Shown: piece after piece, positions 36,985 through 46,800 of the stretch
How the letters are laid out: every line of letters starts with the position of its first letter
Position numbering within the stretch: position 1 is the stretch's first letter
Virus record (IMG/VR): IMGVR_UViG_3300032232_000240
Coordinates: 1-58,061 of that record
DNA length: 58,061 bases
Origin: a virus
Taxonomy: Duplodnaviria > Caudoviricetes
Strand: one strand, 5' to 3'
The notes under the pieces: model-generated
Databases searched by the model: none
Told to the model about the DNA's origin: nothing
What the model saw: only the letters and a program-made list of their open reading frames with translations
Position numbers and translations under genes: made by a program

Positions 36985-37348
36985 AAATAGTGGTCAATGG
37001 ACTGAAGCAAGGTGGAGAAGCTTTATTGTCTCTGCCTTGCGAATGGCATCAAGACGCTGGCCTGTAAAGTTTGATGTATTGAAGAAGGCTAGTGTTGGAA
37101 GGAAAATTAATCCAAAAACAGGAAAGCTTGCACTACATTATCAATGCGCTAAATGTACAAAAACATTTGTTGGATTGGACGTACAAGTAGACCATATCAT
37201 CCCTGTTGTAGGTAAAGAAGGATTCGTTAGTTGGGACGAATATGTAGAGCGTATGTTCTGTGAAGCTAATAACTTCCAGATTTTATGTAAGCCGTGTCAT
37301 AAATTAAAAACTGATACGGAAAAACTTAGGAGAAAGAAAAATGGTTGA
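36968..37348 (+). CDS. HNH-type endonuclease
   Basis: CAKC, VDHIIP, NFQILCKPCHKLKT. Confidence 0.85.
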   Translation: MTKKTRNSGQWTEARWRSFIVSALRMASRRWPVKFDVLKKASVGRKINPKTGKLALHYQCAKCTKTFVGLDVQVDHIIPVVGKEGFVSWDEYVERMFCEANNFQILCKPCHKLKTDTEKLRRKKNG

Positions 37349-37748
37349 TGGAAAAATTGAACTTGTAACTTTGATTGAACATGAAGACGGTAGCGCCACT
37401 TGTTCATTCACCTGTAATGATGAAGCTCGCGCTGGCCTTACCAAAGTTGGTCTTATTTCTTTACTTAAAAGTGCTTGTCCTAACAAAGGACTAACTGACG
37501 AAGAAATTGATGAAATTGTTGTCAATGTTCTTCAGCAGACGTATGAGCGTTGTATTGAACTTCCTGTTGTAGATGGTTATAAACATCCAGAAGATGTAGA
37601 AATTGATGACGCAGTAGCAACAGCATGCTACACTCTTCTTTATTACTTCATGCCTCACTCAGAAGCTGACCAATACTTTACTCAGTTGTTTGCAGAAGAT
37701 GAAGAAGAGCTTCCAGAAGAGAATCAACTACAGGAAAACAATGTCTAA
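37341..37748 (+). CDS. Acidic hypothetical protein
   Basis: AGGAG RBS; EHEDGSAT motif. Confidence 0.6.
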   Translation: MVDGKIELVTLIEHEDGSATCSFTCNDEARAGLTKVGLISLLKSACPNKGLTDEEIDEIVVNVLQQTYERCIELPVVDGYKHPEDVEIDDAVATACYTLLYYFMPHSEADQYFTQLFAEDEEELPEENQLQENNV

Positions 37749-38361
37749 AGTTAAATTGATTTGGGCAACCCCGGATGCTGAAAATCTTATTGCTTATATG
37801 GCAAGGGTTTCTAATCCGGGGAACCAAGACAATAAAGACACTGCTCCTAAACTCCTAAAGTATTTGATTGACAACAAACATTGGTCACCTTTCGAGATGG
37901 TCAATGTTTGTATGGAGATTGAAACTACCCGTGACATTGCTAGACAAATGTTGCGGCATAGGAGTTTTAGCTTTCAAGAGTTTAGTCAGCGTTACGCAAT
38001 TGCAAGCGAGTCAGAGTTTTCTCAACCTCGCTTGCAAGACTGGAAGAATAGGCAAAACTCTATTGAAGTGGAAGACAAGGAACTCCATCGTTATTGGTGG
38101 AGCCTACAACAAGTAGTGTTGTCCACTAGTTTAGACGCCTATCATCAAGCTCTTGATAATGGCATTGCAAAAGAAGTTGCTAGGAAAGTGTTGCCAGAGG
38201 GTATAATGTTGTCTAGGCTTTATATGAATGGTACACTTCGTAGTTGGCTTCATTACCTCGATGTTAGATGCGACAAGGCAACGCAGAAAGAACATAGGGA
38301 TGTAGCTGATAAATGCAAGGTTGTTATTGAAAGTCTCTTCCCTTCTTTGTTTAAGGAATAA
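37741..38361 (+). CDS. thyX: Flavin-dependent thymidylate synthase
   Basis: ARVSNP, HWSPFE, RHRSFSFQEFSQRY signature, TQKEH. Confidence 0.95.
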   Translation: MSKVKLIWATPDAENLIAYMARVSNPGNQDNKDTAPKLLKYLIDNKHWSPFEMVNVCMEIETTRDIARQMLRHRSFSFQEFSQRYAIASESEFSQPRLQDWKNRQNSIEVEDKELHRYWWSLQQVVLSTSLDAYHQALDNGIAKEVARKVLPEGIMLSRLYMNGTLRSWLHYLDVRCDKATQKEHRDVADKCKVVIESLFPSLFKE

Positions 38362-38363
38362 AA

Positions 38364-38576
38364 ATGTTTGATAAAGAATCTGTAGACACTACTCATTGGA
38401 AGTTTTTCTGTGAAGATAGTGAAGGAAATCATTGTTCAGCATCTCTTCATCTTCCATTTGATTCTAGTTGGTCTGATGTTCTTGAACGATTTGTTTTGTT
38501 TTTGTCAACGGTTTATGGCTACGATATTTCTGGAAAGATGCAACAGGAACCGATCACTCCCTTTACACAAAAATAA
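38364..38576 (+). CDS. Hypothetical protein
   Basis: AAGGA RBS; FLSTVYGY. Confidence 0.6.
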   Translation: MFDKESVDTTHWKFFCEDSEGNHCSASLHLPFDSSWSDVLERFVLFLSTVYGYDISGKMQQEPITPFTQK

Positions 38577-38600
38577 TAAACGCATATACCAACCAACCTC

Positions 38601-38632
38601 AAAGGGGAAAGACTTTTCTTTCCTCTTTTTTT
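38601..38632 (+). terminator. Terminator-like hairpin directly upstream of nrdA
   Basis: AAAGGGGAAAGA-CTTT-TCTTTCCTCTTT followed by a T-run. Confidence 0.5.
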
Positions 38633-38647
38633 ATCTCTGGAGAATAC

Positions 38648-40414
38648 ATGAATATTGATTACACACGCGATGCTTTGTTTGATAAGTTGGGTATGCAGAG
38701 GCTTAAAGAAAGCTACATGCGAGATGACGAGACAAGTCCCCAAGAAAGGTTTGCGTTTGTTTCTAAAATGTTTTCTTCATCCAGCGAACATGCACAGAGG
38801 CTTTATGACTATAGCAGCAAACATTGGCTCTCTTATTCTACTCCTATCCTTAGTTTTGGTAGGTCTAAGCGCGGTCTTCCCATTTCATGTTTTCTCAATT
38901 ATATCGACGATAGTGCCGAAGGATTGGTGGACAACCTATCTGAAACCAATTGGCTTAGTATGTTTGGCGGTGGCGTTGGTGTCCATGTTGGTATTCGTAA
39001 TAGTGATGATAAATCCACTGGAGTGATGCCACATTTAAAAATCTATGACGCTTCTTCATTGGCATATCGTCAAGGACGTACAAGGCGTGGTAGCTATGCT
39101 GCTTATTTAGATATTAGCCACCCTGACATCATTTCTTTTTTGGAAATGAGAAAGCCCACCGGTGATCAAAACATTCGTACACCAAATCTTCATCATGGAA
39201 TTAATCTTTCTGATGACTTCATGAAGCTTATTGAAGCATGCATGAAAGATGAAAACACTAATGATGATTGGGAACTAAGGAATCCTGCCACTGGAAAGGT
39301 AGTGGAAGTTGTCTCTGCTAAATATCTATGGCAGAAAATCCTTGAACTCCGTATGCAAACCGGGGAACCCTATCTCATCTTCATTGATACGGCAAATAAG
39401 AAATTGCCTTATTGGTTGCAAATGGAAAGCCTTGCCATCAATGGTAGCAATCTCTGCACTGAAATCTTTTTACCTACAAATGAAGAGCGTACAGCAGTGT
39501 GCTGTCTTTCTTCGCTCAATCTGGAATACTACGAAGATTGGAAGGACAATGATCTGTTCATTCTAGATGTAATGGAAATGCTGGATAATGTGTTGCAATA
39601 TTTTATTGACAACGCACCTGACACTATTAGTAGGGCTAGGTATTCGGCAATGCGTGAGCGAGACATTGGCATTGGTTCTTTAGGTTTTCATGCTTATTTG
39701 CAAAAGAAAGGCGTAGCATTTGACAGTGTGCTGGCTAAGATTATAAACAAAGAAATCTTTAAGCACATTCAAGAGAAATGTCTTAAAGGGGATAGGGTGT
39801 TGGCATGGGCTAGGGGAAGCTGCCCAGACGCTAAATACCATGACGTAACCCGTCGCTTTAGTCATCATATGGCTATTGCTCCAAACGCTTCTAGCAGCCT
39901 TATCATGGGCAATACAAGCCCATCTGTAGAACCCTATCGCGCTAACATGTACAAACAAGACACACTTAGTGGCTCTTTTGTAACTAAGAATAAGTTTCTT
40001 GAAGCTGCGTTAGAAAAGATTGGTATGAATGATGATGAGACATGGGCATCCATTGCCGCTAATGATGGTTCTGTACAGCATTTAGGAGTGTCAGAGCGTA
40101 TTAAAGAAGTGTTTAAGACGGCTATGGAAATTGATCAACGCTGGATTGTTGAGCTTGCTTGTGATCGTCAGTTCTATATTGATCAAGGACAAAGCATTAA
40201 CCTGTTCTTCCCTGCTAATGTATCTACAAAGTATTTACATGCTGTTCATTTCATGGCATGGAAGGGAGGCTTGAAGAGTTTATATTATCTGCGGAGTGAG
40301 AAGGTGCGTAAAGCAGACAAAGTAGGGGCGCAAATCAAACGGCAAAAGCTTGAGGATGATGTATCATTGAAGGCTATTGTTGATGGAGAAACCTGTTTGG
40401 CTTGTGAAGGATAA
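38648..40414 (+). CDS. nrdA: Ribonucleotide reductase class Ia alpha subunit (no ATP cone)
   Basis: PISCF, GGGVG, SNLCTEI, APNASS, KSLYYLR, C-terminal CLACEG. Confidence 0.95.
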   Translation: MNIDYTRDALFDKLGMQRLKESYMRDDETSPQERFAFVSKMFSSSSEHAQRLYDYSSKHWLSYSTPILSFGRSKRGLPISCFLNYIDDSAEGLVDNLSETNWLSMFGGGVGVHVGIRNSDDKSTGVMPHLKIYDASSLAYRQGRTRRGSYAAYLDISHPDIISFLEMRKPTGDQNIRTPNLHHGINLSDDFMKLIEACMKDENTNDDWELRNPATGKVVEVVSAKYLWQKILELRMQTGEPYLIFIDTANKKLPYWLQMESLAINGSNLCTEIFLPTNEERTAVCCLSSLNLEYYEDWKDNDLFILDVMEMLDNVLQYFIDNAPDTISRARYSAMRERDIGIGSLGFHAYLQKKGVAFDSVLAKIINKEIFKHIQEKCLKGDRVLAWARGSCPDAKYHDVTRRFSHHMAIAPNASSSLIMGNTSPSVEPYRANMYKQDTLSGSFVTKNKFLEAALEKIGMNDDETWASIAANDGSVQHLGVSERIKEVFKTAMEIDQRWIVELACDRQFYIDQGQSINLFFPANVSTKYLHAVHFMAWKGGLKSLYYLRSEKVRKADKVGAQIKRQKLEDDVSLKAIVDGETCLACEG

Positions 40415-40418
40415 AGAC

Positions 40419-40685
40419 ATGGATAGAAAAGACATCATTCGTATGGCGCAAGAGGCTGAGTTTGAAGTGGGTCAGATCGCTTTTATGGGTGACAACTTCA
40501 TTCGCTTTGCCGCCCTTGTTGCCGCGCATGAAGAGAAGGAGTGCGTCAAGATGTGTGCTGTGTTACGCAAGATGGCGATTGAAGAGGAACGGGAGGAGTG
40601 CGCCAAGATATGTGATGATTGGCCTAATGGACGAGATGATGTGTATTCAATCGGCGTTGCTATCAGAGCAAGGGGAGAGAAATGA
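40419..40685 (+). CDS. Small EREECAK-family protein
   Basis: DIIRMAQEA, FAALVAAHE, EREECAKICD, IRARG. Confidence 0.65.
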   Translation: MDRKDIIRMAQEAEFEVGQIAFMGDNFIRFAALVAAHEEKECVKMCAVLRKMAIEEEREECAKICDDWPNGRDDVYSIGVAIRARGEK

Positions 40686-40885
40686 AGCATTGCTGGCCTA
40701 AAAAACTTTACTATGTACGTTGCCGGTGGATTGATTACCCGAAAGGCGGCGGCAGAAACTTTATTGCAACTAAACATTTAGGTCGTGCGCGATATTACGC
40801 TAAGCGTTTAAAGCTTAAGGAACGGCAGATTGATGTATGGGAAAAAGGTAAGAAAAAATATGTTCTTAATAAGAGTTGGCTATGA
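40682..40885 (+). CDS. Basic hypothetical protein
   Basis: GGGGAG RBS, ATGA coupling. Confidence 0.55.
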   Translation: MKHCWPKKLYYVRCRWIDYPKGGGRNFIATKHLGRARYYAKRLKLKERQIDVWEKGKKKYVLNKSWL

Positions 40886-41082
40886 ATTCAATCATTAGAG
40901 AATTGGCTCTTGAAGCTGGATTTCCAACAGCGGGGTTTGATAAAGAAGGAGTTGTTATTCAAAACTCCAAAGAGATTGAAAAGTTTGCCCGTCTTGTTGC
41001 TTATGAATGTGCGACGTTAGCTGAAACTGCTGAGCCGTATAAAGCCGGTGATTTAATTAAACGATATTTTGGGGTGAAATAA
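40882..41082 (+). CDS. Small FARLVAYEC-family protein
   Basis: Similar to 27314-27514, ends IKRYFGV. Confidence 0.6.
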   Translation: MNSIIRELALEAGFPTAGFDKEGVVIQNSKEIEKFARLVAYECATLAETAEPYKAGDLIKRYFGVK

Positions 41083-41510
41083 TGGCTGACCGAATTGTTA
41101 TTGGGGCCAACGGGCGTAAATACATTACGAAAGAGCCTGCCCCGCATAAAGGAGAAGAACACATGAGCATACACGCTATTAAAGTATGGTTTGACGGGGA
41201 TAAATTGGTTGCTCAGGAAATACCAGAGGAAAAAATTTATAATCAGGAACCGATGGCGTGGCGAACATTCGATGGTGAGGGCGGGTATGACTATCGAAAT
41301 TATGAGGACAATGAGAAATACGCAAAAGAATGGGAGCAACGCAATCCAAAATACAAAGGATGGGTTGAGCCTCTATACACCGCCCCGCGCCCGTGGGTCG
41401 GGCTGACAATGGCAGACATGGCAGAACTTCGTCGATCCGGTTTACATAGCATCAGCGACAAAGCGTTTGAGACTATTGCAAATTTCCTCAAGGAGAAAAA
41501 CAATAGATAA
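41082..41510 (+). CDS. Mosaic hypothetical protein
   Basis: EPMAW...PLYTAP...WVGLT...LKEKN; second possible start at 41163. Confidence 0.6.
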   Translation: MADRIVIGANGRKYITKEPAPHKGEEHMSIHAIKVWFDGDKLVAQEIPEEKIYNQEPMAWRTFDGEGGYDYRNYEDNEKYAKEWEQRNPKYKGWVEPLYTAPRPWVGLTMADMAELRRSGLHSISDKAFETIANFLKEKNNR

Positions 41511-41628
41511 TTTTTATGGAAAAGATTTGTATAAGAATTATTCTGTCCAAGAAATGCCAGATGATTATGCGGGTAGTCGAGATGATTACCTGCATCCACA
41601 TTATTGCAAACACATGGAGGCATTGGTA

Positions 41629-42573
41629 ATGCTTACTGACTATAGACTCACATTCAAACCTTTTTCATACCCGTGGGCGTATGACGCTTGGCTTCAGCAT
41701 GAACAAAGCCATTGGCTCCATACGGAAGTACCAATGTCTGAGGATGTTAAAGACTACAAAGAAAAGCTAACAGAAAAAGAAAAGCAGCTTCTCACAAAGA
41801 TTTTGCGCTTCTTTGTTCAAGGCGATCTAGACATTGGATCTGGATATCATGAACACTACATTCCAATGTTCAATCATCCAGAAATCAAGATGATGCTTAG
41901 TGGCTTTGCTGCTAGAGAAGCGTTGCATGTAGCAGCCTATGCTCATCTCATTGAGACATTGGGACTACCAGAATCTACATACAATGAGTTTCTGGAATAT
42001 AAAGAGATGGTGGATAAGCATGACTACTTTCAAAGGCTTTCTTCTTCACCAATGGCTGAGAAGATTGCCATCATCTCCGCATTCGGAGAAGGTATGCAAT
42101 TGTTCTCCAGCTTTGTCATGCTCCTAAACTTTGCTAGGAATGGAAAGCTTAAGGGATTGGGACAGATTATTTCTTGGTCTATTGTCGATGAGACTCAACA
42201 TGCTGAAGGCATGATTAAGCTCTATCGTGAATACGTTAAGGAACACCTAGATGAAACTACACCAGAAGATATCAAGAAAATTGCACTTGAAATGGTTGCG
42301 CTTGAAGATGGCTTTGTTGATTTGGCTTTTGGTATCAGCGGAGATATCGAGGGACTCAGTAAGGAAGAAGTTAAATCGTATATTAGATACATCGCAGACA
42401 GGCGACTAATCTCTATGGGCATGAAAGGCATCTTCAAGATTAAGAAGAATCCTTTGCCGTGGGTTGATGGTATGTTAGGAACTTCCCATACAAACTTCTT
42501 TGAACAGCGTGTTACAGACTATGCTAAAGGGGCTGTAACAGGCAGTTGGGATGATGTATGGGGACAAGCATGA
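41629..42573 (+). CDS. nrdB: Ribonucleotide reductase class Ia beta subunit
   Basis: GGAGG RBS before MLTDYR; QGD, EALHVAAY, EGMQLFSSF, DETQH, NFFEQRVTDY. Confidence 0.93.
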   Translation: MLTDYRLTFKPFSYPWAYDAWLQHEQSHWLHTEVPMSEDVKDYKEKLTEKEKQLLTKILRFFVQGDLDIGSGYHEHYIPMFNHPEIKMMLSGFAAREALHVAAYAHLIETLGLPESTYNEFLEYKEMVDKHDYFQRLSSSPMAEKIAIISAFGEGMQLFSSFVMLLNFARNGKLKGLGQIISWSIVDETQHAEGMIKLYREYVKEHLDETTPEDIKKIALEMVALEDGFVDLAFGISGDIEGLSKEEVKSYIRYIADRRLISMGMKGIFKIKKNPLPWVDGMLGTSHTNFFEQRVTDYAKGAVTGSWDDVWGQA

Positions 42574-43046
42574 TAGAGCATATTATCAGCGATAGTATGC
42601 TCTTGGAAGCACGGGAAAAGAGTGTGGCAATGGGTAAGCTGCACAACTCAATTACTGGTGGAGGAGGAAATCTTGTAGGCTTTATTGGAGAGGCAATAGC
42701 TCAAGAAGTATTAGGAGGTGTTTTAGAAAACACTTATGACTATGACTTGGTGTTACCTAACGGTGTTTTAGTAGATGTAAAAACAAAGTCTACTAGCGTA
42801 GCGCCATTGCCTACATACGATTGTTCTATTGCTGCTTTTAACCCAAATCAAAAATGCCACTACTATGCATTTGTTCGCGTTAAAAAAGACTTGTCTGTTG
42901 GTTGGTACTTAGGTGTATACAACAAGCAACAATACTTTGATGATGCTGTCTTTATGCAGAAGGGAACTATTGACCCGTCTAATGGGTATGTCGTAAAATC
43001 TAGTTGTTACAACCTTAAAATTTCTCAACTAAAGGAAACGGTATGA
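42570..43046 (+). CDS. PD-(D/E)xK-like nuclease-fold protein
   Basis: GFIGE, YDYDL, VDVKTK. Confidence 0.55.
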   Translation: MIEHIISDSMLLEAREKSVAMGKLHNSITGGGGNLVGFIGEAIAQEVLGGVLENTYDYDLVLPNGVLVDVKTKSTSVAPLPTYDCSIAAFNPNQKCHYYAFVRVKKDLSVGWYLGVYNKQQYFDDAVFMQKGTIDPSNGYVVKSSCYNLKISQLKETV

Positions 43047-43246
43047 AAGCAGAACGCTTACCCCCATTGAGTATTCAGTTTGATCAAGGCTATCGCGCAT
43101 TCTTTAACAATTGGATGGTAAACAACTATGATCCTGAAACAATTCAAGGAAAGGAATGGCAAAGGGGATACGACAGAGCCTACTATGTCAACCTATACCA
43201 GCTTAAACAGAAAGAGGCAAATAATGAGCAAAGCACAGTCGAGTGA
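43043..43246 (+). CDS. Small protein with an RMF-like GY...Y...WxxG pattern
   Basis: FDQGYRAF...NNY...EWQRGY. Confidence 0.5.
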   Translation: MKAERLPPLSIQFDQGYRAFFNNWMVNNYDPETIQGKEWQRGYDRAYYVNLYQLKQKEANNEQSTVE

Positions 43247-43457
43247 AGAAGAGGGTTTGTGGATTGATCCACCATCAGGGTGGAACTATGGCTTTCCAAA
43301 ACTTATGAGCAAGGAAGATGCGTTAGATAAAAATCTAAACTTCCATACATGGCTTATTAAGAATGGATATCCCGAAAGTCTAATTAAAGAATTTGGGGAA
43401 CACTTCTATGTTAGACAATGGTCTGATTCTTGGAGGGGTGAATTTACCGAACGGTAA
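43224..43457 (+). CDS. Hypothetical protein
   Basis: GAGG RBS; IDPPSGWNYGFPK, WLIKNGYP. Confidence 0.65.
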   Translation: MSKAQSSEEEGLWIDPPSGWNYGFPKLMSKEDALDKNLNFHTWLIKNGYPESLIKEFGEHFYVRQWSDSWRGEFTER

Positions 43458-43511
43458 TTATCTTAGTGATTTATACAAGATATAGCCAAAATATTCCCGA
43501 TCGGTATTTTT

Positions 43512-43587
43512 CTGCCCGTAGCTCAGTGGATAGAGCAACAGCCTTCTAAGCTGTGGGTCATAGGTTCGATTCCTATCGGGCGGGCCA
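43512..43587 (+). tRNA. tRNA-Arg (anticodon TCT), CCA encoded
   Basis: 76-nt cloverleaf: acceptor CTGCCCG/CGGGCGG, D-loop AGTGGATA, anticodon arm ACAGC-CTTCTAA-GCTGT, GGTTCGATTCC. Confidence 0.97.
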
Positions 43588-43854
43588 TTATTTAGGTTTG
43601 TGATTGGAAAGCCGTGGATAAGAACGGTTTGTATGCACAGATTTAACAGCCAAATTACTCTTAGCAGTAGAGCCGCCTTTACTCAAAGGAACTTTATGAT
43701 CAACGTCTTTTCCATCCCCTTTAGAAACCCTTCCCTCTTTAGCCATTTCCGCTCTGGCTTTATTGCGGGCTGCGCGTTTCTTCACCTGATCTGGCTTGCT
43801 GTGGTATTGTTCGTACTCTTTTGAATACGGTCTTGGTTTGTTAACGTAAGGCAT
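43588..43854 (-). CDS. Small HNH-like protein
   Basis: DVDHKVPLSKGG...SNL...NRS. Confidence 0.75.
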   Translation of the reverse strand: MPYVNKPRPYSKEYEQYHSKPDQVKKRAARNKARAEMAKEGRVSKGDGKDVDHKVPLSKGGSTAKSNLAVKSVHTNRSYPRLSNHKPK

Positions 43855-43858
43855 ATGT

Positions 43859-46800
43859 TTATGGTTTAGAAACCAGTCCTCCTTTATTAAACTTCTTTGT
43901 TAGACTCAACAACGCATCAGTTTTTCTTTTATCGTCCATAGACATATTAAGAATAGTGCCAAGTTCTCTCAAATTCTCAGCCCTTTCATGAGAACCAATA
44001 CTATCCAACATTGTTGTTGACTTATTGATCATATCATAAAATCTATTTAGATTAACAGAAACATTGTAAGCATATTGCTGACCCATGCCCCCATAAGGAG
44101 AAACTAGGTCTGAATATTTCATTGCAGTGTTTAGATATTTTCTAAGATCGGCATACGCTCTGTTTGCAGTTATTCTAACCTGCTTAGATGATTTTGGATT
44201 TAACAAAACAGTTTCATAATCCCCAAAACGTCTAGTAAGATTATTTAAATCTTCATCTCTCTTTTGAAACTTCTTTACAACATCCTTCATTTCTGTAGGA
44301 TTGTAATTCATTGCTGCACCTGCTGCCCTTTGTTCAGAAGGTGCGCCCAATCCTTTTAGTTTTTGTGCCTGTACAATAGCGTCCTCATGTTCTTTCCACG
44401 TTGTTGCTGGAAGAGACATATGGCGTACAGTAATTGGATCTCCAGTAATTGTTCTTGCAGCAGTATTTAAATCTCTATTACCATACTGCCTTGCAGACAT
44501 ATTAACTCTTAAGAATTCATAGTCAGCATATGGAATTTGTACATTCAAATAATTCTCTGGGGTTTGCCCACCAAACCTTGTTTGAGCCATGTTCAAATTC
44601 AAGTCTTTAGTAAATGACGGTGCGCCAATACCTAATTCAGAATGAGAAGACTCCACTTGTATATTGTTAGGATCATTAAATCCAAATGTTGCTCTTGATT
44701 GTCTAGGGCTATAAGAACCATGATACAGAGTCATTGGCGGTCTGTCTTTATATTTTTCTCTTAGACCGTCTAGCTTGTTTTGAAGTTTGTCTGCCATCTT
44801 GCCAACTTCAACTGCATTCTCAGAAGTAATCTCAAGTTCTTTTTTATATTTTGCTCTGTATTCGCCCTGCAAAACACCCAAGACAACATCATCCACTTTC
44901 CAAGTGTCTGTTTTCTTTTCTCTTTGATTAAAAGCTTCTCGTAATGATGGGAAGTAACCCTCTCTATATTCTTGAATAAAAGACAAACCAGCTTTTCTAT
45001 CTACAGTTCTATACGAATCACCTTTTAATGCATCATTAGCTTCTTTCTTTGCAATCTCTAAAGCTGCAATATTTGTTGGCTCAGTAGTTTCCCACCAATT
45101 AGCACTGTTACGGGGTTCTCTTGGCGTTACTGCTGGAGACTCTTTTAGCTTTTTACTTACTTCAGACATTATAGATGTGTCTGGTCTTTGTGCCAAAGCT
45201 TGTTTCTTTTTACCTTCAGCAATAGCTTTGTCTACAAAACTTTGAATTTGTTGTTCTGTTTCTGGTGACATCAAGCCTTTAGTTTCTTTCTTTTTTGGAA
45301 GAGTAGTGGTTTCATTAAAACTATTTGAAAATTGTTCATAGTCTTTTGCTGCTTGCTCTGAGGGGAAAGCTAGTTGTTCAATTGTCTTACCGTTCTTATC
45401 CTTTACTGTACCAATCCACATGCCATTTGAAGGCTTTTGTTTCAAGCTTGAAAATGCAAATGGAGCAGAAGTTTCTATTGTTGGTTTTTCTACTGCTTTG
45501 CTTTCCTCCAAAGTCTTTTGCATTTTAGATAACAAAGACTCTCCACCTTCTTCAGCAACAGCACCTGCTCCTTTCTTAATAAAAGAACTAGAAGGAGGAG
45601 ATAACATATCAGTAAGGTTTCTAACAAGACCGCCCGGAGCAAATCCCGGTATCTTCTTAATAGAATTAGAGATAGCCAATGCTGACATATAGTCTTTAGA
45701 TTCTTCTAAATCTTTTCCTGTATATTTTTTATACATGGCTGCTGTTTCGCGCTTAACTTCAACAGGCAATGCAGAGTATTTATTTTCAAATATTCTAGAC
45801 TGTCTTCCCTCTTGTTGAGCAGTTGCCATATCTCTATTAGTTGCAATTTCTTTAGCAGTCTTTGACGCAAAGCTCAGAGTGTTCTGAAGCATAATCTTCT
45901 TCATATCATCACTACCTTCTTGGTAGAATGAAGTATTGCTAATTGTATTAAACAATTTTCCAGCAAGAGGAGCCATTTCTTTCTTGGCAACAGCGTCTAC
46001 AACTTTGTCTCCTGTGGTAGAAAACACTTTAGTAGTTGGGATTTTTAATCTAGTAATTTCCTTTTCCAATTCATTTGGAAATTGCTTGATGGCAACACCA
46101 GTTGCTGTTTTCAAAAGACCAGCATCATTAGGAGACTGCTCTTCTCTTGTTGCAGTTTGGAAGACAGGAAGTTCTTGTTTAAGGATTGGTGTACGTTTCT
46201 GCAATTGTTGTTTAGCAGAAGTCAACACCCCTTCTTCTCCCGGCTTAACTTGATAAGCATCACGGGGTACATTCTCATCTCTATCAATAGCACCAATAAT
46301 ATCACTAACTTGTTGCAGAGGAACAAGACCCCTGCCTAAGTATTCTCCTAACCATTCACCAAAGAATGTAGCAACTTTATTACTAGACGCTCCTTCTCCT
46401 GTTTGAGCATTGCTAGAAGCTTCAGCAAACTTATCACCCAACAAAGCATAAGTACCAGCAGGTTGTTTAAATCCGGTAAGAGCTTCAATCAATTCTTTTG
46501 ATTTAAATTGATCAGTTTTTCCACTTTCCATTTTTGCTAAATAATCACCAATGGCAAGAAATGGGCCAGCAGGGAAAAACACTCTAGCATCTACTAAAGA
46601 ACCGTCTGGATTTTTAACGTCATACCAATTAGTGTCTTGGTTGTCTTTTCTATATTTATATGCAGCATAAATAGCAGCAATACCCACAGTGCTTTTAGAA
46701 ACATTCTCAAGTCCTTGAGCAAGGTAGGCTTCGCCTCCTCTTTCACCTTTAGCAAGTAGGGTTGTTCCTTTAGCAACATCAACAGAACCATTAACAAGAT

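Noticed and set aside
41467-41628. 54-aa N-terminal extension of NrdB in the ORF track
   Set aside because: A GGAGG RBS precedes ATG 41629, where NrdB-like sequence begins; the upstream frame overlaps another gene
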